A DNA stretch of 28,543 nucleotides from Promethearchaeota archaeon (GCA_048941285.1 JBHLNS010000042.1:1-28543); one strand, 5' to 3'. Shown: positions 1-8,308, counted from the first letter of the stretch. The notes: generated from the letters alone by a model not told the origin. Translations and numbers: made by a program.

Positions 1-159
1 TAAAAAAAAAATTATTTAATTGTAATTAAAAAAAGATATTCTTTTAAAATTAAAGAGTATTAAATATAGGTAATTTTTCAAATTAAAAATAAATATCAGA
101 ATTCGCCAAGGTATTTTAAATCTCTTAAAGCTTTTATTGAATTGGTTTTAATGGAATAA

Positions 160-894
160 ATGAAAACATTTAGAATTATCCCCGTAATAGATATTTTAAA
201 TTCTTCCGCAGTACATGCTAAAAGAGGAGATAGAACGCAATATAAGCCTTTAAAATTTAACTTATTTCAATCTCCAAATCCCATCGAAATTATCAGGACA
301 ATTAAAAATACTTTTAATTTATATGAATTCTATATCGCAGATTTAGATTCGATTACTAATAAAACCCCAAATTTCAACATACTAAAAGAAATTTTAAATA
401 TTTCTAAAATTGAAATAATTTTAGATCCTGGGATAGTCGATCTTGAAGAAATAGGACTTTTTAAGGATTTAAAAATTAAAAGTCTAATACTAGGATTGGA
501 AACTGTCAAAAGTCTTAAAATTATTAGTCAAAGTTTAAACATTTTAAACCAGGATAATATTATTGTCAGTATTGATATGTATAATGGACATATTTTATCA
601 AATGCTAAAGATATAAAGAATCAAAATCCAATAACCATCATAAAAAAAATCGAATCTCTGGGTATAAAAAAAATACTTCTCTTAGATTTATTTAGAGTAG
701 GTCAGAAATTTGGAGGAATTCCCTCACTTTATCTGGAAATTTTAAACAATTTCGAAGGAGATATTTTTGTAGGAGGTGGTGTAAAAGATTTTAATGATGT
801 ATTAGATTATAGGGAGCATAACTTCTCTGGCGTTTTAATTGCAACTGCTTTATATGATGGAACGATAAATGTTGAAAAATTAAGAAGTTTATAA
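160..894 (+). CDS. HisA/HisF-related TIM-barrel protein (archaeal HisA-like family)
   Basis: N-terminal IIPVIDI..AVHAKRGDR..YKP, YIADLDSI, and C-terminal VGGGV...GVLIATALYDG motifs typical of the HisA-related family rather than bona fide HisA. Confidence 0.8.
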   Translation: MKTFRIIPVIDILNSSAVHAKRGDRTQYKPLKFNLFQSPNPIEIIRTIKNTFNLYEFYIADLDSITNKTPNFNILKEILNISKIEIILDPGIVDLEEIGLFKDLKIKSLILGLETVKSLKIISQSLNILNQDNIIVSIDMYNGHILSNAKDIKNQNPITIIKKIESLGIKKILLLDLFRVGQKFGGIPSLYLEILNNFEGDIFVGGGVKDFNDVLDYREHNFSGVLIATALYDGTINVEKLRSL

Positions 895-908
895 ATAAAT
901 TAAAAAGA

Positions 909-1436
909 TTAGTTCATAAAAATTACTCCTGTAGTCGAGACATTTAAAGATTTTTTGCATACGGGACAAGTTTGTTTCATTCTAACCCAATCCGTTAAAT
1001 GATCTTTATGAGCCTTTGCTTCACATATAGGACAACCAGTAACCTCATCAAAAATCTCAATATTTTTTCCACATACAGAACATTTAGTTTTTGATGCTGT
1101 AGATATTTTTATTAATCCTTTTTTAATGTCTAATGTCACTTTTTCTGTATTTTCTGCATTAGGGTTAATTTGTTTTAATTCATCTTTAGTGTCAACGCAG
1201 AATATGGATCCCTCTGTATCATCCTTCTTATTTCCAATCCAAACTACTTTACCTTTGAAATAACCGGATCCTTGATCCTCTAATGTTAAGTCTAAACTTC
1301 GATCTTCCATGACATAAGTCTGTATCACTTTTGTATATTTTAAATTTAAATTTGAAGATAATTGCTTAACAACTTCTATTGGTTCTTTAAATACTTCATT
1401 AGTAATATCTACTTTTGTAATTTCTTTTGGTGACAT
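909..1436 (-). CDS. Protein with C-terminal RING-type zinc finger (putative E3 ligase-like)
   Basis: C-x2-C-x12-C-x2-C-x4-H-x2-H-x3-W-x6-CP-x-C pattern at the C-terminus; N-terminal ~115 aa not recognised. Confidence 0.7.
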   Translation of the reverse strand: MSPKEITKVDITNEVFKEPIEVVKQLSSNLNLKYTKVIQTYVMEDRSLDLTLEDQGSGYFKGKVVWIGNKKDDTEGSIFCVDTKDELKQINPNAENTEKVTLDIKKGLIKISTASKTKCSVCGKNIEIFDEVTGCPICEAKAHKDHLTDWVRMKQTCPVCKKSLNVSTTGVIFMN

Positions 1437-1687
1437 GATAAACTCGTGAATATTTTTATATTTAATAAAAATGATTTAATTTAAATCTTTATATAAAATT
1501 ATACAAAAATAAATGTTTTGGAATTCTTAGATCCGATTTAATAAAATTAAAATTATGTTACATTTAGTATACTCTCATTTCCCATTTGATTTACTGTTCA
1601 ACACGTTAAACAATCATAATGAATTAATTTTCTTTATTTAAATCCTAAATAAATTTTTTAATATTTTTACATTATATATGATACATC

Positions 1688-2422
1688 TTGTCTCATAAAA
1701 TAAAACTTTTAATCAGTCCTAAATCAATTGAAGAAGCAAGAGTAATTGTGGCTAACCAGGTAGAATACATTGATTGTAAAAATCCTGAGGAAGGGTCACT
1801 AGGAGCAAATTTTCCATGGATTATTAGCGAAATGAAGAAATTAATTCCCGTTAATAGTTCACAACTTTTAAGTGCAACGATAGGAGACTTCCCGAATTTA
1901 CCGGGGTCTGCTTCATTAGCGGCTCTAGGTGCGGCGGTCTCTGGTGCAGATATAATAAAAGTTGGCTTAAAAGGGCCTAATAATGAAAAAATGGCGATAA
2001 AATTAATGAAAAAAGTGGTGAAGGCAGTAAAAGACTATAATGATAAAATTAAAATAGTTGCTGCTGGATATGCTGATCGAATAAGAATGAATTCTTCCCC
2101 AGAATTCATGAGTATTCCCTCGATTGCCTTAGAATCGGGAGCTGATATTGCCATGCTTGACACTTATATTAAAGATCAGTTAGGTCTTTTTGATTTCTTA
2201 TCAGTAGAACAACTAATTGAATTTAAAAATAAGGCCAAAGATTCTAATCTTGAAGTAGCATTGGCGGGAAATTTAAGGAAAAAACATTTTCCTTTAATAA
2301 CTAGTATTTCACCTGATATAATCGGAGTAAGATCTGTTGTATGTGAAGGATATGATCGAATCAACGGTTCAATCAAATCCTATCTAATTAAAGAATTAAA
2401 AAATGAATTATATAAAATGTAA
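1688..2422 (+). CDS. mfnB: (5-formylfuran-3-yl)methyl phosphate synthase (4-HFC-P synthase, DUF556), methanofuran biosynthesis
   Basis: LLISP, D.KNP.EGSLGANFPW, SATIGD, IKVGL, MLDT..KD, ALAG.L, DIIGVRS motifs; TTG start. Confidence 0.92.
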   Translation: MSHKIKLLISPKSIEEARVIVANQVEYIDCKNPEEGSLGANFPWIISEMKKLIPVNSSQLLSATIGDFPNLPGSASLAALGAAVSGADIIKVGLKGPNNEKMAIKLMKKVVKAVKDYNDKIKIVAAGYADRIRMNSSPEFMSIPSIALESGADIAMLDTYIKDQLGLFDFLSVEQLIEFKNKAKDSNLEVALAGNLRKKHFPLITSISPDIIGVRSVVCEGYDRINGSIKSYLIKELKNELYKM

Positions 2423-2427
2423 AGTAT

Positions 2428-3393
2428 CTATATTATTTTCTTCAAATTAATAGAGTTATTTTTATGTATTGATGTATTAAAAATCTTAATATCTGGTTTA
2501 AACGATTCGAAAATATCCAACACTTTCTGTTGGCTCTCTGTTTTACATATCGCAAATACTGAACGACCTAATTGGTTCATACTTGCCCCGATAATATCTA
2601 ATTTATTTAAATTATCCATTAATTCTTTTACTTTAAATAAATCGAGTATTTCAACAATTTCTGTATTTTTGACGAATTTAATAGACTCATTAACAAATAC
2701 TATGATATTCGGTTCTAATATTAACTTTTTTAACGCTTGTTTACCCGCTTCCTTTATTTTCAAACTTAAAACAGGATCGGTTAATATTGATTTAGTATGA
2801 ATCATACCAAAAGAGCCACATATAATCTTTAAGTTATGGGGTATTTTAATTCTTTCATAAACACAAGGGAAACCTGGTTCTTTTAAAATACCTATCCCAC
2901 CACCTAATTGTCCACATACTGTTCCTAAACCTGTTCGGTTAATAACTTCTGCAATATGTGCTATTTTACCTTTTTCTTGAAAAGATAATTTTAGATTGAA
3001 TAAGTAGTCCAAACCAAAAATGGTTCCTAACGCTCCAGCACCACTAGCTCCGTACCCACATCCAACAGGTAGATCGAAATAATGATTAATTATTATTTTC
3101 CAGGATTTATGGAGATAGTTTTTTATATAATCAAATATATAATAAGTCGTTTCAGCCTTTTGATTTAATCTGTCACCGTTAATATAAATTTCTATGTTAG
3201 TTTCATCTTTTGTGTTAAGAGATTGAATTTCTATTTCTGTTTTTCCTACTGAATTTACACAAAATCCTGCACCACGCGAACCTATTTTTTCTGGATCCTC
3301 TATTAAAATTCCATTGATTGTATCTACAATCTCAAAAAATCCAGATATTCTGTGAGGAACTTCAACAAAAACTTTTTCGATTTTTTTAGACAT
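2428..3393 (-). CDS. pok: Pantoate kinase (GHMP family)
   Basis: VPHRISGFF, GSRGAG, P.G.GYGASGAG GHMP motif, AHIAEV...TGLGTV. Confidence 0.9.
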   Translation of the reverse strand: MSKKIEKVFVEVPHRISGFFEIVDTINGILIEDPEKIGSRGAGFCVNSVGKTEIEIQSLNTKDETNIEIYINGDRLNQKAETTYYIFDYIKNYLHKSWKIIINHYFDLPVGCGYGASGAGALGTIFGLDYLFNLKLSFQEKGKIAHIAEVINRTGLGTVCGQLGGGIGILKEPGFPCVYERIKIPHNLKIICGSFGMIHTKSILTDPVLSLKIKEAGKQALKKLILEPNIIVFVNESIKFVKNTEIVEILDLFKVKELMDNLNKLDIIGASMNQLGRSVFAICKTESQQKVLDIFESFKPDIKIFNTSIHKNNSINLKKII

Positions 3394-3508
3394 AAATTAA
3401 ATGTAACTTAATTTATCTAATCAACTATATAATATTACAAGAATGAATTGAATGAAAATATTTTGAAAGGAAAAATACTTAACATCATTCTAAATAAAGT
3501 GATCTTTT

Positions 3509-4219
3509 TTGAAGGATAAAAATATCGTCATAAAAATTGGAGGTTCGTTATTATTTAATGAAGATAGAGGGCTTGATAAAGCAAAGATTGATAGGTTCTC
3601 CCAAATTCTTAAAAAAAATAAACATTCTGGAATATACGTTATTATATGTGGCGGTGGGATAATTGCAAGAGAATATATAAATGTTGCTAGATCGTTTGAT
3701 GCAAATGAGGCATTATGTGATACATTTGGAATTGATTTATCTCGAATAAATTCAAAAGTGTTAATTGCTTCTCTTAAAAATTTTGCATATCCATTAGTTC
3801 CAAAATCAATAGAAGAACTTTCTATGGCATTACTCTTTAAGAAGATCGTAGTTATGGGTGGTTTACAACCGGGGCAATCTACAACATCTGTAGCAGTTGA
3901 AGTTGCAGAGTTCACAAATGCTCAAGAATTAGTGATTCTTACTGACGTTGAAGGAATTTATGATAAAGACCCTAAGAAATTTAAGGATGCTAAACTGTTA
4001 AAAAGTTTGAACTATGATGAATTATATGAGATAATAATTAATTCATCTGGAGATAAACAGGCAGCAGCTGGAGAATATCGCATATTCGATGCAGTTTCTT
4101 TACAAATACTAAAACGAAGCAATATTAAAGTTATCGTTATGTCTGGCAAAGATCTAAAAGAATTTGAAAAATATTGGAAAGGAGAAGAAAATATCACTTG
4201 TACTATTATAACTCAATGA
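3509..4219 (+). CDS. pyrH: UMP kinase
   Basis: VIKIGGS, GGGIIAREYI, D.FGI..SRIN, MGGLQPGQSTTSVA, TDVEGIYDKDP; TTG start. Confidence 0.95.
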   Translation: MKDKNIVIKIGGSLLFNEDRGLDKAKIDRFSQILKKNKHSGIYVIICGGGIIAREYINVARSFDANEALCDTFGIDLSRINSKVLIASLKNFAYPLVPKSIEELSMALLFKKIVVMGGLQPGQSTTSVAVEVAEFTNAQELVILTDVEGIYDKDPKKFKDAKLLKSLNYDELYEIIINSSGDKQAAAGEYRIFDAVSLQILKRSNIKVIVMSGKDLKEFEKYWKGEENITCTIITQ

Positions 4220-4293
4220 AGATCTTTGATAAATTATTTTAATCTTCCAATTTTTATTATCCTATATTAACCCTCTTAATATCGAGTAAAAAA

Positions 4294-4530
4294 ATGTCTC
4301 AATCTTCATGGAAAGACCAGATTAAAAAAAAATGGGGACCTCATAGTCATTGCCCTATCTGTGGTAAAGCAATGCCAACGGATAAAAAATTTTGTAGTCA
4401 GGGATGCAAAGATAATTATTTTCAATCAGAGAGGAAACAAAAAAGAAAAGGAAGATTACAATGTATTTTCTTAATAGTAATGCTAGTGGTAATGATGTTA
4501 GTGATGTTTATACTCCCAGCATTTGGTTAA
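4294..4530 (+). CDS. DUF2116-family Zn-finger protein with C-terminal transmembrane helix
   Basis: PHSHCPICGK...FCSQGC motif, basic linker, hydrophobic C-terminal segment. Confidence 0.8.
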   Translation: MSQSSWKDQIKKKWGPHSHCPICGKAMPTDKKFCSQGCKDNYFQSERKQKRKGRLQCIFLIVMLVVMMLVMFILPAFG

Positions 4531-4621
4531 ATAAAATGCAAAATAATAGAAGACCATTAGATTTTAGAGTTTTTTCTAAAGTTTCTTTGAAAGAATAAAA
4601 ATTAGGATTTTATTTAGTAAA

Positions 4622-4629
4622 TATATAAA
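4622..4629 (+). promoter_or_regulatory. Putative TATA box for tRNA-Leu
   Basis: TATATAAA about 20 nt upstream of the tRNA 5' end; AT-rich background limits specificity. Confidence 0.4.
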
Positions 4630-4648
4630 AATTATAATAAATCTTCAA

Positions 4649-4810
4649 GCAGGGATAACCAAGTTGGTCAACGGTGCCGGACTTTTATGGAATTTAAGTC
4701 TTATTAACCGGATTCAAGATCTATTTATTAATTTATCCGTTGATTAACATAATAAATAATGAGATATCCGGTGAGATAGCTCTTCGTGGGTTCGAATCCC
4801 ACTCCCTGCA
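4649..4810 (+). tRNA. tRNA-Leu(CAA) with two introns (4683-4713 at position 32/33; 4719-4765 at 37/38)
   Basis: Acceptor stem GCAGGGA/TCCCTGC + discriminator A; T-arm GTGGG-TTCGAAT-CCCAC; long variable arm; anticodon stem CCGGA/TCCGG; spliced loop CT-CAA-GA; BHB central helices CCGG/CCGG and CTCA/TGAG. Confidence 0.9.
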
Positions 4811-5176
4811 TTATTCTAACTTTTCAAGCGTATCTTCTAATATTTTATTAATAAAGGTTACTAATGGTTTAATTATATTATCGTCACTCTTTTTGTTTTT
4901 CAAAAAGAGAAGTAAGAGTACCGGTGCCTTTAAAATATTTGCTACTTTTTCCGCTATAATCGTACTTAGTAATTTTGTATTCACACCAAAAAGACTATAA
5001 GATGCTGTTGGTGATTTTATTCCTTCAATCACGGAAGGACTACATAAAGTTACATTACCAATTCCCATTTCTGGTTGATCAGATATCAATAATAGGAAAC
5101 TTTTATGTAATTTAAAAAGATTTAAATAGATTGTAGTTCCGTCAATCTTAATACTATCTTCAGCTAAGAGTTTCAT
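4811..5176 (-). CDS. Proteasome assembly chaperone 4 (PAC4/PSMG4)-like protein
   Basis: Size (121 aa), beta-beta-beta-helix-beta-helix pattern and LSTIIAEKVANILKAPVLL resembling the PAC4 core; recognised from memory only. Confidence 0.55.
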   Translation of the reverse strand: MKLLAEDSIKIDGTTIYLNLFKLHKSFLLLISDQPEMGIGNVTLCSPSVIEGIKSPTASYSLFGVNTKLLSTIIAEKVANILKAPVLLLLFLKNKKSDDNIIKPLVTFINKILEDTLEKLE

Positions 5177-5249
5177 CTTTTAGAAATTCTTTTTATCCAA
5201 ATTGCGTTACTTATTATTATTTTCTTATGAAATTTACATGTGAGTTTTT

Positions 5250-5753
5250 TTAATCAGAGGATATTACAACATCAGATAATCTCTGCCTTCGAATATCAAA
5301 ATCATGATCAAGATGGATAGTTAAACAATGTTGATCTTCATTTTTAAGATTTTTATGAACGTAACTTATTGGGACAACAGGTAATTCCGAATTCAATACA
5401 GCATTTTTTGGGACTGGAACAGGAATAACTGCTTCGCATCTATCGCAATTTACTAATACTACTTTTATATTAGAGGATTCAAATTTTTTCATTCTCTCTA
5501 ATACATCCTTAGATACTTTTGTAGGATCTAAAGTTAATTTTTCTTTTTTCTTTGGTGCTTCAGGAACAACAGGGATATCTAAATTAAGATCCTCTTTTGT
5601 TAGATAATCTGAATTTTTTTCTTTTTGTTTTTTAACAGAATTTTCTCTACTTTTTATTTTCTTACTTTTTTCGAGGGTAATTTTATCTTTGTTCTTTATT
5701 AATTTACCCTTTTTCGCTTCGCTAACTTTATCTTTTTTGACCAAAAATCTCAC
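5250..5753 (-). CDS. Hypothetical protein: Lys-rich disordered N-terminus plus C-terminal CxxC...H...H putative Zn-binding domain
   Basis: ORF; CDRC...SYVH...HCLTIHLDHDFDIR; start codon uncertain (GTG or nearby TTG). Confidence 0.7.
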   Translation of the reverse strand: MRFLVKKDKVSEAKKGKLIKNKDKITLEKSKKIKSRENSVKKQKEKNSDYLTKEDLNLDIPVVPEAPKKKEKLTLDPTKVSKDVLERMKKFESSNIKVVLVNCDRCEAVIPVPVPKNAVLNSELPVVPISYVHKNLKNEDQHCLTIHLDHDFDIRRQRLSDVVISSD

Positions 5754-5919
5754 ATTTTTTGTAAAATTGAATTATATTATTATGATTAACTAACTTAATA
5801 AAAAATTTATTTATTTTTAATTTTGAATTACCATTTCTGTCTATAAATATGTAGCAAAAGATATATAATTAAGAATAGAATAAGTTTGATAGAGAATATA
5901 ATGAAATGATAATTATTAG

Positions 5920-6555
5920 CTATACACCAAAAATTTGTCTAAGCTCATTATAGATTTTTGATAATTCTGAAATTATCTGAGTATTGTTTTGTTGAAGATA
6001 ATAATTAATATAACCTGCTAAACCTTCACTATCTTTGATCCAGTCTAAAAATGATTGTATTTCCCCTTTTAGTTGTGGATCTATACTTGGTCCAGCACTA
6101 ACTGAAGAAGTAACTCCAGTAGAAGTAGTCCCACCCATTTGAGCTTCTTTTTGCCCTAATTGAGCAGTATTATCCATGTATGGTCCTTGCGTGCTCATAA
6201 CTCCTACAGCTCTTTGTACATCCATTATTGCGCCACGAGCATCCCCATCTGGTTGAAGATAGCAAATAAGTTTATGTTCTTCATCTTTTGCTGCGCAAAT
6301 ACTTCCTTCGCCCTTTAAAGAAATGGCAACTAAACGTTCTGTCTCCATTTGTAATATCGAATATTTAACTCCAGAAACTATTATGAATTGAGCATTTTGA
6401 CCAATCCAACTTGATATTAATCGGTCCACATCTCCACTAATATCCCAATTATCTGTTGTATAAACAATGTCTTTCCCTTTAATTACTGCTGCTGCTATAA
6501 TGTTAGGATCTGCTTGCATTAAATTATAAACTGCAGTGGCAGGGTCTACTGGCAT
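5920..6555 (-). CDS. Asgard (Loki-type) profilin with ~85 aa C-terminal extension
   Basis: First ~120 aa contain AAAVI..YTTDNWDIS, IVSGVKYSILQMETERLVA.SLKGEGSI, LICYLQP, matching my recollection of Lokiarchaeal profilins (TENWNIS, IQGIKYMIVENTEERKIG.N..GKGHV). Confidence 0.8.
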   Translation of the reverse strand: MPVDPATAVYNLMQADPNIIAAAVIKGKDIVYTTDNWDISGDVDRLISSWIGQNAQFIIVSGVKYSILQMETERLVAISLKGEGSICAAKDEEHKLICYLQPDGDARGAIMDVQRAVGVMSTQGPYMDNTAQLGQKEAQMGGTTSTGVTSSVSAGPSIDPQLKGEIQSFLDWIKDSEGLAGYINYYLQQNNTQIISELSKIYNELRQIFGV

Positions 6556-6667
6556 CTTTTTTCTCCTTCTGTTTGTAATTTTTATATATAATAATATCTA
6601 TAGTCATTAAGTTTTGTTATAAAATAATTATATACTAATTTATTAAAAATTTATCGATAACATAATT

Positions 6668-7141
6668 TTATTCTATTTTTTTCTGCTTTTTTATATTAAT
6701 TTTCCCGAATTTTGGTGTATCATACGTTTTAATTTGGTCAAAATCCATTTGCGAATTCTCTTTATAATCATCTTTAAAGGGAATTCTGTTCATGAAAAAT
6801 AACTTATGATAAATATCATTTTTTTTTAAATTTTCTAAATGATCATTTAAGTTAGTAGCATTTTTAAATAATCTCCCGCACATAGGACAACTTGGATATT
6901 GTTTTTCCACAAGTCCTTTCGGTTTTTTAACAATGACTGGAAAAGACTTTTTAATATTTAATGACCTTTGGTGGTGCCGACAAATATGTCTTACTAATTT
7001 TCCATAGGGGGGATATTCAAAAAAAACTCTACTTCCATGTGTGCATTCCCAATATAATACACTAGCGTCACACTTTGGGCATTTTGATTGAAAAGAACGA
7101 AGATAACAGTGTCTTCCATGGGACTTATAATTATGTCGCAT
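6668..7141 (-). CDS. Hypothetical Cys/His-rich multi-zinc-finger protein
   Basis: HGRHC, CPKC, ECTHG, RHIC cluster plus C2H2-like CPMCGRLF.....LNDHL. Confidence 0.7.
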   Translation of the reverse strand: MRHNYKSHGRHCYLRSFQSKCPKCDASVLYWECTHGSRVFFEYPPYGKLVRHICRHHQRSLNIKKSFPVIVKKPKGLVEKQYPSCPMCGRLFKNATNLNDHLENLKKNDIYHKLFFMNRIPFKDDYKENSQMDFDQIKTYDTPKFGKINIKKQKKIE

Positions 7142-7300
7142 TATATTAAAGAAAAGAAAGAACTTATTAAAATGTTACGATTTATATTGAAAAACAAAAA
7201 TCAAAAACTGAGTTTCTTATTAATAGACAAATCCTCAAAACGCAAACATTTAAATGTGCAAGTTCAATTATGAAAGTTAAAGAAGAGAATTTTTAAAGGG

Positions 7301-8242
7301 TTGGCATTATTGGATCTTACATTCCCTCAAAAAAATTTCACTTTATGCCCAGAATGTGGTAATGAAAATGTAATATCAGACGAATCTCGTGGTGAGATAA
7401 TTTGTAACATATGTGGTTTAGTGTTAAGCCAAAGACTCATAGATACCGGACCTGAGTGGCGAGCATTCACCTCTGAAGAAGCAAATAGAAAAGTGAGAGT
7501 AGGAGCTCCTACTACGCTTACTCTCCATGATAAAGGACTAAGTACAATGATTGGTTGGAAGAATAAAGATGCATTTGGAAAGACAATTAGTCCTAAAATG
7601 AAAGCTGAGGTGTACCGGTTAAGAAAGTGGCATGTAAGAACACGAACCAATAAATCTATCGACAGAAATTTAGCGTATGCAATGAATGAATTAGATAGAT
7701 TTTCCTCACAATTGAATCTATCTAAAGATTTAAAAGAATCTGCTGCCCATATTTATCGAAAAATGGCCAATAAAAATTTAATTAGGGGAAGATCTATTGA
7801 AGCGATGTTAATCGGCTCAATTTATCTATCTTGTAGATTGAATACTATACCAAAAACTCTTGATGATTTCATTGAATTTGCTTCTGTTGATAAAAAAAAA
7901 GTAGCTAGATGTTATAGATTAATTCTAAAAGAGCTTAGATTAAATATAAAAGTCTCTTCTCCAATAAATTTCATTCCAAGGTTTTGTGCTGAATTAAAAT
8001 TATCTGGAAAAACTCAGAATAGAGCTGCTTCAATTTTAAAACTTGCTAAAAAATATCGAATAACTGCGGGAAAAGCACCAACAGGGTTGGCTGGTGCTGC
8101 ACTATACGTTGCAGCAATACAAGAAGGAGAACGACGTACTCAAAAAGAAATTTCTATTGCAGCTGGTGTTACCGAAGCAACAATCAGGAATCGATATAAG
8201 GAATTGGTAAATCATTTAAAATTTGATATTAATACCTCATAA
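7301..8242 (+). CDS. tfb: Transcription initiation factor IIB (TFB)
   Basis: CPEC..CNIC Zn ribbon, IDTGPEWRAF, RVGAP, HDKGLST, RGRSIE, GVTEATIRNRYKEL; TTG start. Confidence 0.97.
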   Translation: MALLDLTFPQKNFTLCPECGNENVISDESRGEIICNICGLVLSQRLIDTGPEWRAFTSEEANRKVRVGAPTTLTLHDKGLSTMIGWKNKDAFGKTISPKMKAEVYRLRKWHVRTRTNKSIDRNLAYAMNELDRFSSQLNLSKDLKESAAHIYRKMANKNLIRGRSIEAMLIGSIYLSCRLNTIPKTLDDFIEFASVDKKKVARCYRLILKELRLNIKVSSPINFIPRFCAELKLSGKTQNRAASILKLAKKYRITAGKAPTGLAGAALYVAAIQEGERRTQKEISIAAGVTEATIRNRYKELVNHLKFDINTS

Positions 8243-8308
8243 AAATCTCTTCTTTTTACTTTAAAATTAGTAAACTTTTAACCTATTTTTATCAAAAAAA
8301 AATAGCAA

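Noticed and set aside
4649-4810. Reading as tRNA-Lys(TTT) with one 37/38 intron
   Set aside because: Long variable arm and Leu-type body; the 3' splice helix TGAG complements CTCA fully but CTTT poorly; two BHB motifs explain the CAA reading.
4740-5000. 86 aa plus-strand ORF
   Set aside because: Overlaps the tRNA-Leu gene and is antisense to the PAC4-like gene.
7088-7273. 61 aa plus-strand ORF upstream of tfb
   Set aside because: Overlaps the start of the divergent gene, spans the promoter region, no motif.
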